This document shows, in pieces, positions 25,117 to 34,279 of a DNA stretch of 36,689 nucleotides (position 1 is the stretch's first letter; every line of letters starts with the position of its first letter). Under the pieces are notes generated by a model. It saw nothing but the letters and a program-made list of their open reading frames with translations, made no database searches and had not been told where the DNA came from. This DNA comes from Vulcanimicrobiota bacterium (GTDB lineage: Bacteria > Vulcanimicrobiota > Vulcanimicrobiia > Vulcanimicrobiales > Vulcanimicrobiaceae): positions 15,603 through 52,291 of the forward strand of contig PKZK01000244.1 of NCBI GenBank assembly GCA_003133025.1, in the 5' to 3' direction. The position numbers and the translations under genes were made by a program.

Positions 25117-25224
25117 GCGCCTTGCCTTTCAGCGAAAAAGGCGAGCCCTCAAAGCTCGTTTGCCGATGCTTTCCGGGACCCGGCTCCGATTCCCGCAGAG
25201 ACGGCCGCTCCGCGGCAATGCTTT

Positions 25225-26115
25225 TCAGCCGCGCGCTTCGAGGCCGGCCAAGAAGCCGCGCACGGCGGCGTTGAAGGCGGCCGGCTCTTCGAGATGCGGC
25301 GTATGCGAGCTCTCCTCGAAGAGTATCCACTCGGAACCCGGGATCCGGCGGTGGATCCCTTCCACGATTGCGGGCGTCGCCTCGTCGTACCGGCCGCTCA
25401 GCAATAAGGTCGGCGTGCGAATCTCGTGCAGGCGCGCGGTGATGTCCCACTCCTTGATCGTCCCGATGCAGTGGAATTCGCTCGGACCGTTCATGAGGTT
25501 GTACACGTAGCCGTCGGTCGATAGGGCCTCAGCCGTCCGCGCGAAGCAATCGGGCCACGGATCGAGCCGGCAGACGTGCCGCCGGTAGAACACCTCGACG
25601 GCGCTTTGGTAGGCGGGATCGGCCGTCGTGCCGGCCGCCTCGTGCTCGGTCAGGGCGCGCTGCACGTCGGGCGGAAGTTCGGCGCGCAGCCGGTTGGCCT
25701 CGGCCACCCAGAACGGGATGCTGGCGGGCGAGTCGGCAACCACGATCGAGGCCAAGCCCGGCGGAGCCGTCAGCGCGTATTCCATCGCGAGCATGCCGCC
25801 CCAGGATTGGCCCAACACGTGCGCGCGCTCGAGCCCGAGGTGCTCGCGCAACGCGTTGAGTTCGTCGACGAAGGTTTGCACCGTGTAGAATGCCGGATCC
25901 ACCGGCCGGTCGGAGCGACCGCAGCCGATCTGGTCGTAGAAGACGACGCGGCGCCCGTTTTCGGCGAGCGCGCGCAGCGGCTCGAGGTATTGATGCGTGG
26001 CGCCCGGACCGCCGTGCAACACGATCAGCGGCAGACGCCCCTCGTCGCTCTCGCCGAACGATTCGTACCACGTGCGAAAGTCGCGAAACGGCGCGTAGCC
26101 GCTGCGGCCGCTCAC
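25225..26115 (-). CDS. Proline iminopeptidase-family alpha/beta hydrolase (S33)
   Basis: LIVLHGGPG and nucleophile elbow GQSWGG. GTG 26115 overlaps the RND stop (GTGA). Confidence 0.75.
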   Translation of the reverse strand: MSGRSGYAPFRDFRTWYESFGESDEGRLPLIVLHGGPGATHQYLEPLRALAENGRRVVFYDQIGCGRSDRPVDPAFYTVQTFVDELNALREHLGLERAHVLGQSWGGMLAMEYALTAPPGLASIVVADSPASIPFWVAEANRLRAELPPDVQRALTEHEAAGTTADPAYQSAVEVFYRRHVCRLDPWPDCFARTAEALSTDGYVYNLMNGPSEFHCIGTIKEWDITARLHEIRTPTLLLSGRYDEATPAIVEGIHRRIPGSEWILFEESSHTPHLEEPAAFNAAVRGFLAGLEARG

Positions 26116-29100
26116 AGCGGCGCGGGTTTGACTTCCGTGGTGCGCCCGTCGCTTGCGACCACGGTGCCCGAAGAGCTGCCCGAGCGCTTGCCGCGTTCGC
26201 GCAACGTCACGACGATCACGTAGAAGATCGGCACGACGAACAGGTTGAGGATCGTCGAGAGGATCATGCCGCCGAACACCGGCGTGCCCAGCGAGTGACG
26301 GCTCGCGCTGCCCGCACCACTCGCGAACACCAGCGGCAGAATGCCGAGGATGAACGCGAGCGAGGTCATCAAGATCGGGCGGAAGCGCGTCTCGGCGGCC
26401 TGCATCGCGGCGGCCATCGGACTGAGACCCTGTTCGCGCAATTGGTTTGCGAACTCCACGATCAGAATGCCGTTCTTACTGGCGAGGCCGATCAGCATGA
26501 CGAAGCCGACCTGCGCGTAGACGTCGGAGAGCACGAAGCCGATGAAGGGCAAGAAGCCGGCCAGCGTGCTGCGCAGGATCATCGCGCCCAGCGCGCCCAG
26601 AATCGCGAGCGGCACGCAGAGCAGGATGATCAGGGGATCGGTCCAGCTCTCGTACTGCGCCGCAAGCACCAAGAACACGACGATGATGCCCAGCGCGAAG
26701 ATCAGCGCCGACTGGCTGCCCGACTCGATCTCGTCGAGCGAAATGCCCGACCACTCGTGGCTCACGCCGGGCGGATCGACCTGCGCGCCGATCTTGTCCA
26801 TCGCTTCGATGGCGTCGCCCGAACCGTGACCCGGGCTCGGCTGACCGTTGATCTCGATCGACCGGAACAGGTCGTAGTGGTAGATCACCGGCGCCGTGTG
26901 TTCCACCTTGGCCGTGAGCAAGGTCGAGAGCGGCACGATCGCGCCGGCCGACGAGCGCACGTACGTCGTTTGCAAGTCCTCGACGCGCGAACGGAACGGC
27001 GTGTCGGCCTGGATGTACACGCGGTACGAGCGGTTGAGGTAGTCGAAGTCGTTGACGTAGAGCGACCCGAGATCGATCTGCATCGTCGCGAACAGGTTTG
27101 CGAGCGGAATGCCCAACTGTTGCGCCTTGAGCCGGTTGACGTCGACGACCAACTGCGGGCTGTCGTTGCGGAAGGCCGTGAACACGGCGCGTAGCTTGGG
27201 ATCGCGATTGCCCAAGCCGATGTAGCCGTAGGCCACCTTGGTCAACGCGTCGAGCCCGATGTTGCCCGTGTCTTGCAACTCGTATTGGAAGCCGCCGAAG
27301 TTGCCCAAGCCCTGGATTGCGGGCGGGTTGAAGGCGAACACCTGCGCCTGCGTGATCTGCCCGAACTTCGGATAGAGACCGTACAGGATGAATTGCACGG
27401 AACTCAGGAAGCTCGGCCGATCCGCCCAATCCTTGAGCCGCACGAACATCGTGGCGTGGTTGGAACCGTTGCCCGTGAAGCCGAAGCCGATGACGTCGAA
27501 CACGTCGACCACCTCGGGCCGCTGGGTGATCAGCCCTTCGACCTTCTGCGCGATCCGCTCGGTCTGATCGAGCGAGGTGCCCTCGGGCGCCTGCAACGTC
27601 ACGATGAAGTAGCCTTGATCTTCATCGGGCGTGAACCCGGTCGGCGAGACGCTCAACAGGAAGAACGTGAGCGCGAGCGCGGCGGCGAAGCCGACGACGA
27701 CCACGTAACGGAAGGCGAAGAGCCGGCCGAGCGCGCCGTGGTAGGTTTTGCGCATCCAGTCGATGCCGCGATTGATCGGCACGAAGATGCGCGAGCGCTT
27801 GCGCTCCACCCCGCCCGTTGCCAGCAGCTTCGCCGAGAGCACCGGCGTCAGCGTGAGCGCGCAGAACAGCGAAATCGTGATCGAACAGGCGATGGTCAGC
27901 GCGAACTGTTTGTAGAGTTGGCCGGTGGTGCCCGGGAAGAACGCGACCGGCACGAAGACGGCCAACAGCACGAGCGAACTGGCCACGACCGCGCCCGAGA
28001 TTTCCTTCATCGCCGCCGACGCTCCGGCGAGCGGCGACATCTTCTTCTCCTGGATGAAGCGCGCGATGTTTTCGATGACCACGATCGCGTCGTCGACCAC
28101 GAGACCCGTGGCCAGCGTCAGGCCGAAGAGCGTCAGCGTGTTGATCGAAAAGCCCAGAATCTTCATCAAGGCAAAGGTGCCGATGAGCGAGACCGGGATC
28201 GTGATCGCCGGAATCAGCGTGGTGCGCCAATCTTGCAAGAAGGCGAAGATGACCAGCACCACCAGCACGATCGCGATCAGCAGCGTGATCACGACTTCTT
28301 TGATCGACTCGTTGACGAAGGCCGTCGAGTCGAAGGCGATGTCGTAGTAGGCGCCGGGCGGGAACTTCTTGGAGAGCTTGTCGAGTTCGGCCCGGACGGA
28401 TTTCGAGACGTCGAGCGCGTTAGCCGAGGGCAGCGAGAGGATGCCGAAGCCGACCGCGGGCCGGCCGTCGAAGTGCAGGTCGGTCGAGTAGTCCTCGGCG
28501 CCGATCTCCACCCGGCCGACGTCGCGCAGGCGCACGAAACCGCCGTCGGGCGTGGCGCGCAGGATGATGTTCTCGAACTCCTCGGGCGTGCTGAGCCGGC
28601 CCACGGCCCGCACGCTCATCTCGTACGGCTGATTGCCGTTGGTCGGCGGCGCGCCGATGGAGCCGGCGGCGACCTGCACGTTCTGGTCGAGCAGGGCGTT
28701 TTCGACGTCGGTGGCGGCCAGCGAATTGTCGGCGAGCTTCTTCGGGTCGAGCCAGAGGCGCATGGCGTACTTGCGCTCGCCGAAGATGATGACGTCGTTG
28801 ACGCCCTTCACGCGCTTGAGATAGTTCTTAATGTAAAGGTCGCCGTAATTCGACAGGAAGAGCGCGCTCGTATTCTTATCGTGCGACGAGAAGCCGACGC
28901 CCATCACGAAGCTGCCGGAGTTCTTGGCGACGGTCACGCCGGTCAGCGTCACCGCGGAGGGCAGTCGCGCGATCGCGGTCTGCACCGCGTTCTGCACGTC
29001 GTTGGCGGCCGCGTCGAGGTCGCGATCGAGCGAGAACGTACAGGTGATCGTGCTCGTGCCCGCGTTGCTCGACTGCGAGGACATGTAGCGCAGGCCCTGG

Positions 29101-29315
29101 ACGCCGTTGATGGCCTCCTCGAGCGGCGTGGTGACCGAATCCTCGACGGCCAGCGCACTCGCGCCCGTATATGTGGCCGTGACGGTCACGACGGGCGGCG
29201 CGATGCGCGGAAACTGCGCGATCGGCAAGGTGGGAATGCATACGAGGCCCGCCAGGGTCACGATGATCGACGCAACCGCGGCAAAAATCGGACGCTTGAG
29301 GAAGAACTCGATCAC
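26112..29315 (-). CDS. RND efflux pump inner-membrane permease (AcrB/HAE1-like), no adjacent adaptor or outer-membrane factor gene
   Basis: 1067 aa. N-terminus MIEFFLKRPIFAAVASIIVTLAG. Two large extracytoplasmic loops and 12 TM-type hydrophobic blocks. GTG start at 29315. Confidence 0.9.
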   Translation of the reverse strand: MIEFFLKRPIFAAVASIIVTLAGLVCIPTLPIAQFPRIAPPVVTVTATYTGASALAVEDSVTTPLEEAINGVQGLRYMSSQSSNAGTSTITCTFSLDRDLDAAANDVQNAVQTAIARLPSAVTLTGVTVAKNSGSFVMGVGFSSHDKNTSALFLSNYGDLYIKNYLKRVKGVNDVIIFGERKYAMRLWLDPKKLADNSLAATDVENALLDQNVQVAAGSIGAPPTNGNQPYEMSVRAVGRLSTPEEFENIILRATPDGGFVRLRDVGRVEIGAEDYSTDLHFDGRPAVGFGILSLPSANALDVSKSVRAELDKLSKKFPPGAYYDIAFDSTAFVNESIKEVVITLLIAIVLVVLVIFAFLQDWRTTLIPAITIPVSLIGTFALMKILGFSINTLTLFGLTLATGLVVDDAIVVIENIARFIQEKKMSPLAGASAAMKEISGAVVASSLVLLAVFVPVAFFPGTTGQLYKQFALTIACSITISLFCALTLTPVLSAKLLATGGVERKRSRIFVPINRGIDWMRKTYHGALGRLFAFRYVVVVGFAAALALTFFLLSVSPTGFTPDEDQGYFIVTLQAPEGTSLDQTERIAQKVEGLITQRPEVVDVFDVIGFGFTGNGSNHATMFVRLKDWADRPSFLSSVQFILYGLYPKFGQITQAQVFAFNPPAIQGLGNFGGFQYELQDTGNIGLDALTKVAYGYIGLGNRDPKLRAVFTAFRNDSPQLVVDVNRLKAQQLGIPLANLFATMQIDLGSLYVNDFDYLNRSYRVYIQADTPFRSRVEDLQTTYVRSSAGAIVPLSTLLTAKVEHTAPVIYHYDLFRSIEINGQPSPGHGSGDAIEAMDKIGAQVDPPGVSHEWSGISLDEIESGSQSALIFALGIIVVFLVLAAQYESWTDPLIILLCVPLAILGALGAMILRSTLAGFLPFIGFVLSDVYAQVGFVMLIGLASKNGILIVEFANQLREQGLSPMAAAMQAAETRFRPILMTSLAFILGILPLVFASGAGSASRHSLGTPVFGGMILSTILNLFVVPIFYVIVVTLRERGKRSGSSSGTVVASDGRTTEVKPAPL

Positions 29316-29362
29316 GCGAGGGGCTCCATGCCCCTACTGACGGACGAGGCGCGCGGATTGTG

Positions 29363-30370
29363 TCACAGGCTGCGGGCGACGATTTTTCCGACCGTCCGGC
29401 CGGCCACGTTGCGCACCGCGGGTTCCGCGAAGCTCGCGAGCGCGGCCGACTCGTGCGGCTCGAGTGCGTCGAGCGCCCGCAGAAAGGCCAGCGTCGCACA
29501 CGGCGCGGCCCGGCCGTTGCCGTCGACAACCTTGAGCGCGAGACCCGCGCCGAGCCGCAGCAGAGCGTCGCCGTGTACGCCCTCGGCGCCGGCCTTACAC
29601 GCGATCGCGCCGTTGGTCTGGGCCATGAGCGCCGTGTCGAAGCGGCCGGTGCCGCCCACGTAGGCCGGCGCGGCCAACATCGCATCGCGCACGGCGCCGA
29701 GCGCCCGCGCGTCGGCGGCGCTGAAGCCGTCGAGCGTCGCGAGACGCATGAAGGCCGTCGCCGCGCTACGCAGCGAGGTCGCAAAGATCGGGATGCCGCA
29801 GCCGTCGACGCCGACGGGCCAGCGCTCGGGATCCTCGTCGAACGCGCGGCCGCAGAAGGCGGCGATATAGCGCTGCACGCCATGTTCGGGTTCGAGATAG
29901 TCCTCGACGTCGAGACCCAAGTGCGCGCACGCTGCGAGGATGCCCGCGTGCTTGCCCGAGCAGTTGTTGTGCAGCGCCGACGGCTTCTCGCCCGCGGCCG
30001 CGAGCGACGCCGCAGCGGGCTCGTATGACGGTGCGTGCGCGCCGCAGCGCAGCGCGCTCGCGTCGACGCCCGCTTTGCGCAAGATGCTTTCCGCCGCCTC
30101 GACGTGAAACGGCTCGCCGTTGTGCGAGGCGGCCATCACCGCGATTTCGCGCGGCGTCAGGCCGAAGCGCTCCGCGGCGCCGCTCGCAACCACCGCCGCA
30201 GCGATGAACGGCTTGGCCGTGGAGCGCAGGAAGACCGGCACGTCGACGTCGCCGCGCGCGAGCAGCGTTGCGCCGTCGCGGCCCACCGCGCAGCCCGCGA
30301 CGGCGTGCACCGACTCGACGAACGAACCGCGGTAGACGTCGACGAGCGGAACGCCCGAGGGGCCCGGCAC
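29363..30370 (-). CDS. Asparaginase_II family protein (Rhizobium etli AnsA-type L-asparaginase fold)
   Basis: FLRSTAKPF, MAASHNGE and HNNCSGKHAG motifs. GTG 30370 overlaps the M16 stop by 1 nt (TAGTG). The longer track N-terminus overlaps the M16 gene. Confidence 0.75.
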   Translation of the reverse strand: MPGPSGVPLVDVYRGSFVESVHAVAGCAVGRDGATLLARGDVDVPVFLRSTAKPFIAAAVVASGAAERFGLTPREIAVMAASHNGEPFHVEAAESILRKAGVDASALRCGAHAPSYEPAAASLAAAGEKPSALHNNCSGKHAGILAACAHLGLDVEDYLEPEHGVQRYIAAFCGRAFDEDPERWPVGVDGCGIPIFATSLRSAATAFMRLATLDGFSAADARALGAVRDAMLAAPAYVGGTGRFDTALMAQTNGAIACKAGAEGVHGDALLRLGAGLALKVVDGNGRAAPCATLAFLRALDALEPHESAALASFAEPAVRNVAGRTVGKIVARSL

Positions 30371-33060
30371 TACTTCGGCGGACCGACGATCACTTCGACG
30401 AACCGCGACGGATCGACGTATTTGGCGAAGGCGCCTTGCACGTCGGCCGGGTTCAAGCCGAGAATCGCGCGACCGCGTCGCCACGGTTCGTCGAGGGGTA
30501 AGCCCGCATCGGCGCGATTGGCCAAGCCCTGCGCGATCGAACCGACGCTGGCTTCGGATAGCGACAGGTCGCGCACGACCTGCGTCTTGGCCTGACGCAT
30601 CTCCACGTCGCTCGGCGGTTTCGCGGCGAGGTCGCGCAGGTCGCGGTCGATGATCGTCGTGGCGCGGGCGACGTTGCCCGGATCGCTGCCGAACTCCACG
30701 CCGTAGGTGCCGCGCGTCGCGTTGGCGCTGATGCCCGCGCCGACCGAATAGACCAGGCCCGTCTGCTGGCGCAGATCCTTCGAGAAGCGCGTCGCATAGA
30801 AGCCGCCGCCCAGGATCGCGTCGCCCAGTTGCAGGGCGGTGTACTCGGGGTCGGTGCGTTTCACGGCTACCGTCTCGTCGAGGGTCACCGACGCTTGCGT
30901 GCGTCCCGGCGCCGCGATGCGTTTATAGGCGGCGGCGTTGAGCGGGACGGGCGGCAATTCGGTGACCGGCTTCGGACCGCTCGCGGTCCAGGCACCGAAC
31001 CAGTGGTCGATGGCCGCACGCGCCGACTCCGGCGTCACGTCGCCCGCCACCACGATCGTGGTTTCGTCGGGACGGAAAATCGCGTCGTGATAGGCCTTCA
31101 CGTCGTCGAGCGTCACCGCGGCAACCGTCTTCGGCGTCGCTTCGCGCAGCGCGGGGTCGCCCGCGGGCAAGAGCGCCGTTTCGGTCGCGCGGCGGCCGAG
31201 ATAATCCGGCGTGGTCAACTCGCCGACGAGCGATTGCGCCGTCTGCTGTTGCACGATCGCGAAGGCTTGCGCGGGCAGCGCCGGGTGCAGCACGTCGTCG
31301 GCCAGGAGTTGCACGCCACGATCGAAGCTGGCCGAAGGCACGGAGAGATCGAACGAGGTGCCCGCCTCCACGTCGGCCGCGATCGCATCGAGTTGCGCTT
31401 GATACGCCACGCGATCGTAGGTCGTCGTGCCGTAGGCGAAGAGGCCCGAGAGCAGATCGTCGACGCCCTCCTTCCCGGGCGGCTCCTGGAGAAAGCGATT
31501 GTGCCGCACGATGCCGCGCAAGGTGACCGTCGGGCTGACGGATTCGGGCTGCACGATCAGGCGAATCCCATTGGGTAACGTCTGATCGAGCGGATTGACC
31601 AGCGACGCGCCGACGGTGGGCGGCTCGCTGAGACGCTGGGCCCACGTGGGCAGCGCGACCGGCTTGGCGTTCTTCGGCGAGAACGTGTCGCGCACGCCGA
31701 AGCCACCGCTGCCGCCCGACGACGAGCCCGGCTGCGGCGTGAGGATGCCCGCGACCGCGAGGTCGCGGCGCAAGTAGGTGCGCAACGCGCGGTTCACGTC
31801 GTCGGTGGTCACCTTGGCATACCGAGCCGCCACGTCGTCGGGCGAGTCGATGCCGCGCACCGCGACCGCGTCGGACCATTCCGAGGCCAGGCCGTCGATC
31901 GAATTGCGCGAGTACTGCAGTTGCGCGATCTCGCGGCGCTTGGCGGCCTCGACGAGATCCGCCGGCACGCCGTTTTTCTGATAGCCCGCGATCACGCCCG
32001 CGACGGTGTTGAGTGCGGCCGTGGTGTCGCCGCCGGGCGGCGTCGCTATGAAGGCGAAGCCGAGACCCGCGTCGGGAAATGGCTGGAATTCGAAACCGGT
32101 GGCCAGCGCCTTACCTTCGGCTTGCAGCGCGTAGAGGTCGCCGCGCGGGCTCGAGAGCACGTCGCCGGCCACGTCGGCCGCGGCGAAATCGGGATCGTGG
32201 AAGCCGGGCATGCGATAGGCCAAGAGCGCGATCGGCACCGGGAAGTCGCTGACGTCTTTGATCGGCGCGACGCCGTGCAGCGCACCGAGCTTGGTCTTGG
32301 CATGGGCCGGCACCGGGTGGCCCTTGATGGGCGCGAAGATCGAGCGCACGTCGGCCAAGGTCTTCTGCGCGTCGACGTCGCCCGCGATCACGAGCACCGC
32401 GTTATTCGGCGCGTACCATTTCAGGAAGAACTGCCGCAACATCGCGCCGGTCGTCTTGTTGAACGACGGCCGCGTGCCCAGCGGATCGTGCGCGTAGGGT
32501 GTGCCCGCGAACAGCGCCGCGAGCGCCTTCTCGTAGAAGCGGAAAAACGCGCTGCCCGTGTCGCGCGCGACCTCTTGCTCGATCGCGCCGCGCTCCTGGG
32601 CCCACTCGGACTGCAGGTTGAGCGTATCTTGCATGCGCGCCGCCTCGACGCGCAGGGCGACGTCGAGATAGTCGGCGGGCATCGTGATGTAGTATTGCGT
32701 GACCGTCTGTTGCGTGTCGGCGTCGAAATCGCCGCCGAGCAGGGTGGTAATCGTCGCGATCTGATCGCCCGAGAGTTCTTTCGTGGACCGCGACGCGACC
32801 ATGTGCTCTTCGGCGTGAGCCATGCCCGGGAAGCCCGGCGGCGTGTCGTTGCCGCCGACGAGATAGTTCATCTCTTCGGTCACCACCGGCGCGAGCGGAT
32901 CGTGCACGATGACCACGCGCAAACCGTTGGGCAGCGTGGCCCGCAGCACGTCGCTCGAGGCGGGGTCGGCTGCGAACGCGGGCAGGCTCGAGGCGGTAAA
33001 GATCGGGACGAGAGTGGCGGCGAGAGCGGTGCGAACGATGCGCGCGATGGATCGGGTCAC
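30370..33060 (-). CDS. Secreted M16 (pitrilysin/insulinase) family zinc peptidase, two fused M16 units
   Basis: H-x-x-E-H zinc motif (GMAHAEEHMV) in the first unit and none in the second. Signal peptide VTRSIARIVRTALAATLVPIFTASSLPAFA. GTG 33060 is preceded by AGAAGAGG. The track extension to TTG 33144 uses AGA AGA and many A/T-ending codons atypical of this genome. Confidence 0.8.
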   Translation of the reverse strand: MTRSIARIVRTALAATLVPIFTASSLPAFAADPASSDVLRATLPNGLRVVIVHDPLAPVVTEEMNYLVGGNDTPPGFPGMAHAEEHMVASRSTKELSGDQIATITTLLGGDFDADTQQTVTQYYITMPADYLDVALRVEAARMQDTLNLQSEWAQERGAIEQEVARDTGSAFFRFYEKALAALFAGTPYAHDPLGTRPSFNKTTGAMLRQFFLKWYAPNNAVLVIAGDVDAQKTLADVRSIFAPIKGHPVPAHAKTKLGALHGVAPIKDVSDFPVPIALLAYRMPGFHDPDFAAADVAGDVLSSPRGDLYALQAEGKALATGFEFQPFPDAGLGFAFIATPPGGDTTAALNTVAGVIAGYQKNGVPADLVEAAKRREIAQLQYSRNSIDGLASEWSDAVAVRGIDSPDDVAARYAKVTTDDVNRALRTYLRRDLAVAGILTPQPGSSSGGSGGFGVRDTFSPKNAKPVALPTWAQRLSEPPTVGASLVNPLDQTLPNGIRLIVQPESVSPTVTLRGIVRHNRFLQEPPGKEGVDDLLSGLFAYGTTTYDRVAYQAQLDAIAADVEAGTSFDLSVPSASFDRGVQLLADDVLHPALPAQAFAIVQQQTAQSLVGELTTPDYLGRRATETALLPAGDPALREATPKTVAAVTLDDVKAYHDAIFRPDETTIVVAGDVTPESARAAIDHWFGAWTASGPKPVTELPPVPLNAAAYKRIAAPGRTQASVTLDETVAVKRTDPEYTALQLGDAILGGGFYATRFSKDLRQQTGLVYSVGAGISANATRGTYGVEFGSDPGNVARATTIIDRDLRDLAAKPPSDVEMRQAKTQVVRDLSLSEASVGSIAQGLANRADAGLPLDEPWRRGRAILGLNPADVQGAFAKYVDPSRFVEVIVGPPK

Positions 33061-33095
33061 GAAAAGGCCTCTTCTGATCTGAACGGGTGAACGTA

Positions 33096-33139
33096 CCGAC
33101 GGGCTTCGGCCACGCGTGAGCGCGGACAAAGCCCGTCGG
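33096..33139 (-). terminator. Strong stem-loop between cysK and the M16 gene (terminator, attenuator or stability element)
   Basis: Perfect 11-bp inverted repeat CCGACGGGCTT (33096-33106) / AAGCCCGTCGG (33129-33139). The 22-nt loop contains the palindrome CACGCGTG. Starts 20 nt after the cysK stop. No U-tract. Confidence 0.4.
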
Positions 33140-33159
33140 AGCAACTGGCGGGAATTGGT

Positions 33160-34122
33160 TTAGACGAGCGCGGGCTCGACGACCTGGGCTTCCTGTTCGG
33201 CGAAGACCGGGTTCGAGAGGTACCGTTCGCCCGTGTCGCAGCCGATGGTCACGATCGTCTTGCCGGCAAACTCGGGACGGCCCGCGAGCTGCAGCGCCGC
33301 CAGGATGTTGGCGCCGGCGGAGATGCCCACGAGCACGCCCTCTTCGCGAGCGGCGCGACGCGCGGTCGCGATCGCGTCGTCGTTGGTGATGCGGATGATC
33401 TCGTCGTAGATCTTCGTGTTGAGGATCGGCGGCACGAAGCCGGCGCCCGTACCTTGAATCTTGTGCGGGCCGGGTTTGCCGCCCGAGAGCACCGGCGATG
33501 CGTCGGGCTCGACCGCCACGATATAGACGCCGGGTTTGCGCGACTTGAGCACTTCACCCACGCCAGTGATCGTGCCGCCGGTGCCGACGGCCGCCACGAA
33601 GACGTCGACGTTGCCGTCGGTGTCGCGCCAAATTTCTTCAGCGGTGGTGCGCCGATGCACTTCGGGATTGGCCGGATTCTCGAACTGCTGCGGCATGAAA
33701 TACTTGGCCGGGTTCGAGTCGTGGATTTCCTTGGCGCGGCGAATCGCGCCGGGCATGCCTTCGGCGCCCGGCGTCAAGACGAGTTGCGCGCCGTAGGCCT
33801 TGAGCAAATTGCGGCGCTCGATCGTCATCGTGTCGGGCATCGTGAGGATGATCGGGTAGCCTTTGGCCGCGGCCACGAAAGCGAGCGAGATGCCGGTGTT
33901 GCCGCTGGTGGGTTCGACGATCACCGTATCCGGACGCAAGCGGCCCTCGCGCTCGGCGGCTTCGATCATGGCCACGCCGATGCGGTCTTTCACGCTGCCC
34001 GCCGGATTGAACGACTCCATCTTGACGAGCACGGTGCCCGCCAAGCCCTTGTTCAACCGGGGAACCTTGACCAGCGGCGTGTTGCCGAACGTGTCGGCGA
34101 GGTTGTCGTAGATTCGTGCCAT
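33160..34122 (-). CDS. cysK: Cysteine synthase A (O-acetylserine sulfhydrylase)
   Basis: GNTPLV, PLP-lysine motif [20 protein letters not shown]. The 320-aa length from ATG 34122 fits. The track N-terminal extension is non-homologous. Confidence 0.9.
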   Translation of the reverse strand: MARIYDNLADTFGNTPLVKVPRLNKGLAGTVLVKMESFNPAGSVKDRIGVAMIEAAEREGRLRPDTVIVEPTSGNTGISLAFVAAAKGYPIILTMPDTMTIERRNLLKAYGAQLVLTPGAEGMPGAIRRAKEIHDSNPAKYFMPQQFENPANPEVHRRTTAEEIWRDTDGNVDVFVAAVGTGGTITGVGEVLKSRKPGVYIVAVEPDASPVLSGGKPGPHKIQGTGAGFVPPILNTKIYDEIIRITNDDAIATARRAAREEGVLVGISAGANILAALQLAGRPEFAGKTIVTIGCDTGERYLSNPVFAEQEAQVVEPALV

Positions 34123-34210
34123 CTGTAGACTTTCAGACTCCTGTAGCGTAGCCGATGTAACCCGCACGGCTCGGCCGGGGCTGCAGCTCTCGACCCCCGC
34201 CGCCCTCTTC

Positions 34211-34230
34211 TTCCGGACGTCTCGCCGGAA
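34211..34230. promoter_or_regulatory. Inverted repeat TTCCGG-N8-CCGGAA in the cysK/exonuclease divergent region (possible operator)
   Basis: TTCCGG 34211-34216 and CCGGAA 34225-34230, inside the 157-nt divergent intergenic region. Confidence 0.2.
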
Positions 34231-34260
34231 TGCTCCTCGACAGGACGGAAGGCGCCGAAA

Positions 34261-34276
34261 TCGAACGTGCGTTCGA
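34261..34276. promoter_or_regulatory. LexA-type SOS box (Cheo-box class)
   Basis: Perfect 16-bp palindrome TCGAACGTGCGTTCGA, which matches TCGAAC-N4-GTTCGA, ending 4 nt before ATG 34280 of the ligase-associated exonuclease gene. Confidence 0.6.
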
Positions 34277-34279
34277 CCC

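Noticed and set aside
25135-25158. 5-bp hairpin (CGAGC/GCTCG) followed on the minus strand by CCTTTTT, considered as the terminator of the RND-iminopeptidase operon
   Set aside because: The stem is too short and weak. It sits only about 20 nt before the binding-protein start codon, where it would also cut off that gene's own leader.
27273-29663. 796-aa plus-strand ORF (and 25890-27194, 434 aa)
   Set aside because: It is antisense to the RND pump gene. The Arg/Asp/His-rich sequence has no fold signature.
33061-33144. N-terminal extension of the M16 peptidase to TTG 33144, containing an I-R-R-G-L-F Tat-like motif
   Set aside because: The extension uses AGA AGA and many A/T-ending codons (GTA, CGT, TCA, GTT, CTT) that are atypical of this genome's genes. 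The AGAAGAGG reads better as the Shine-Dalgarno for GTG 33060. The stretch also contains the 11-bp stem-loop.
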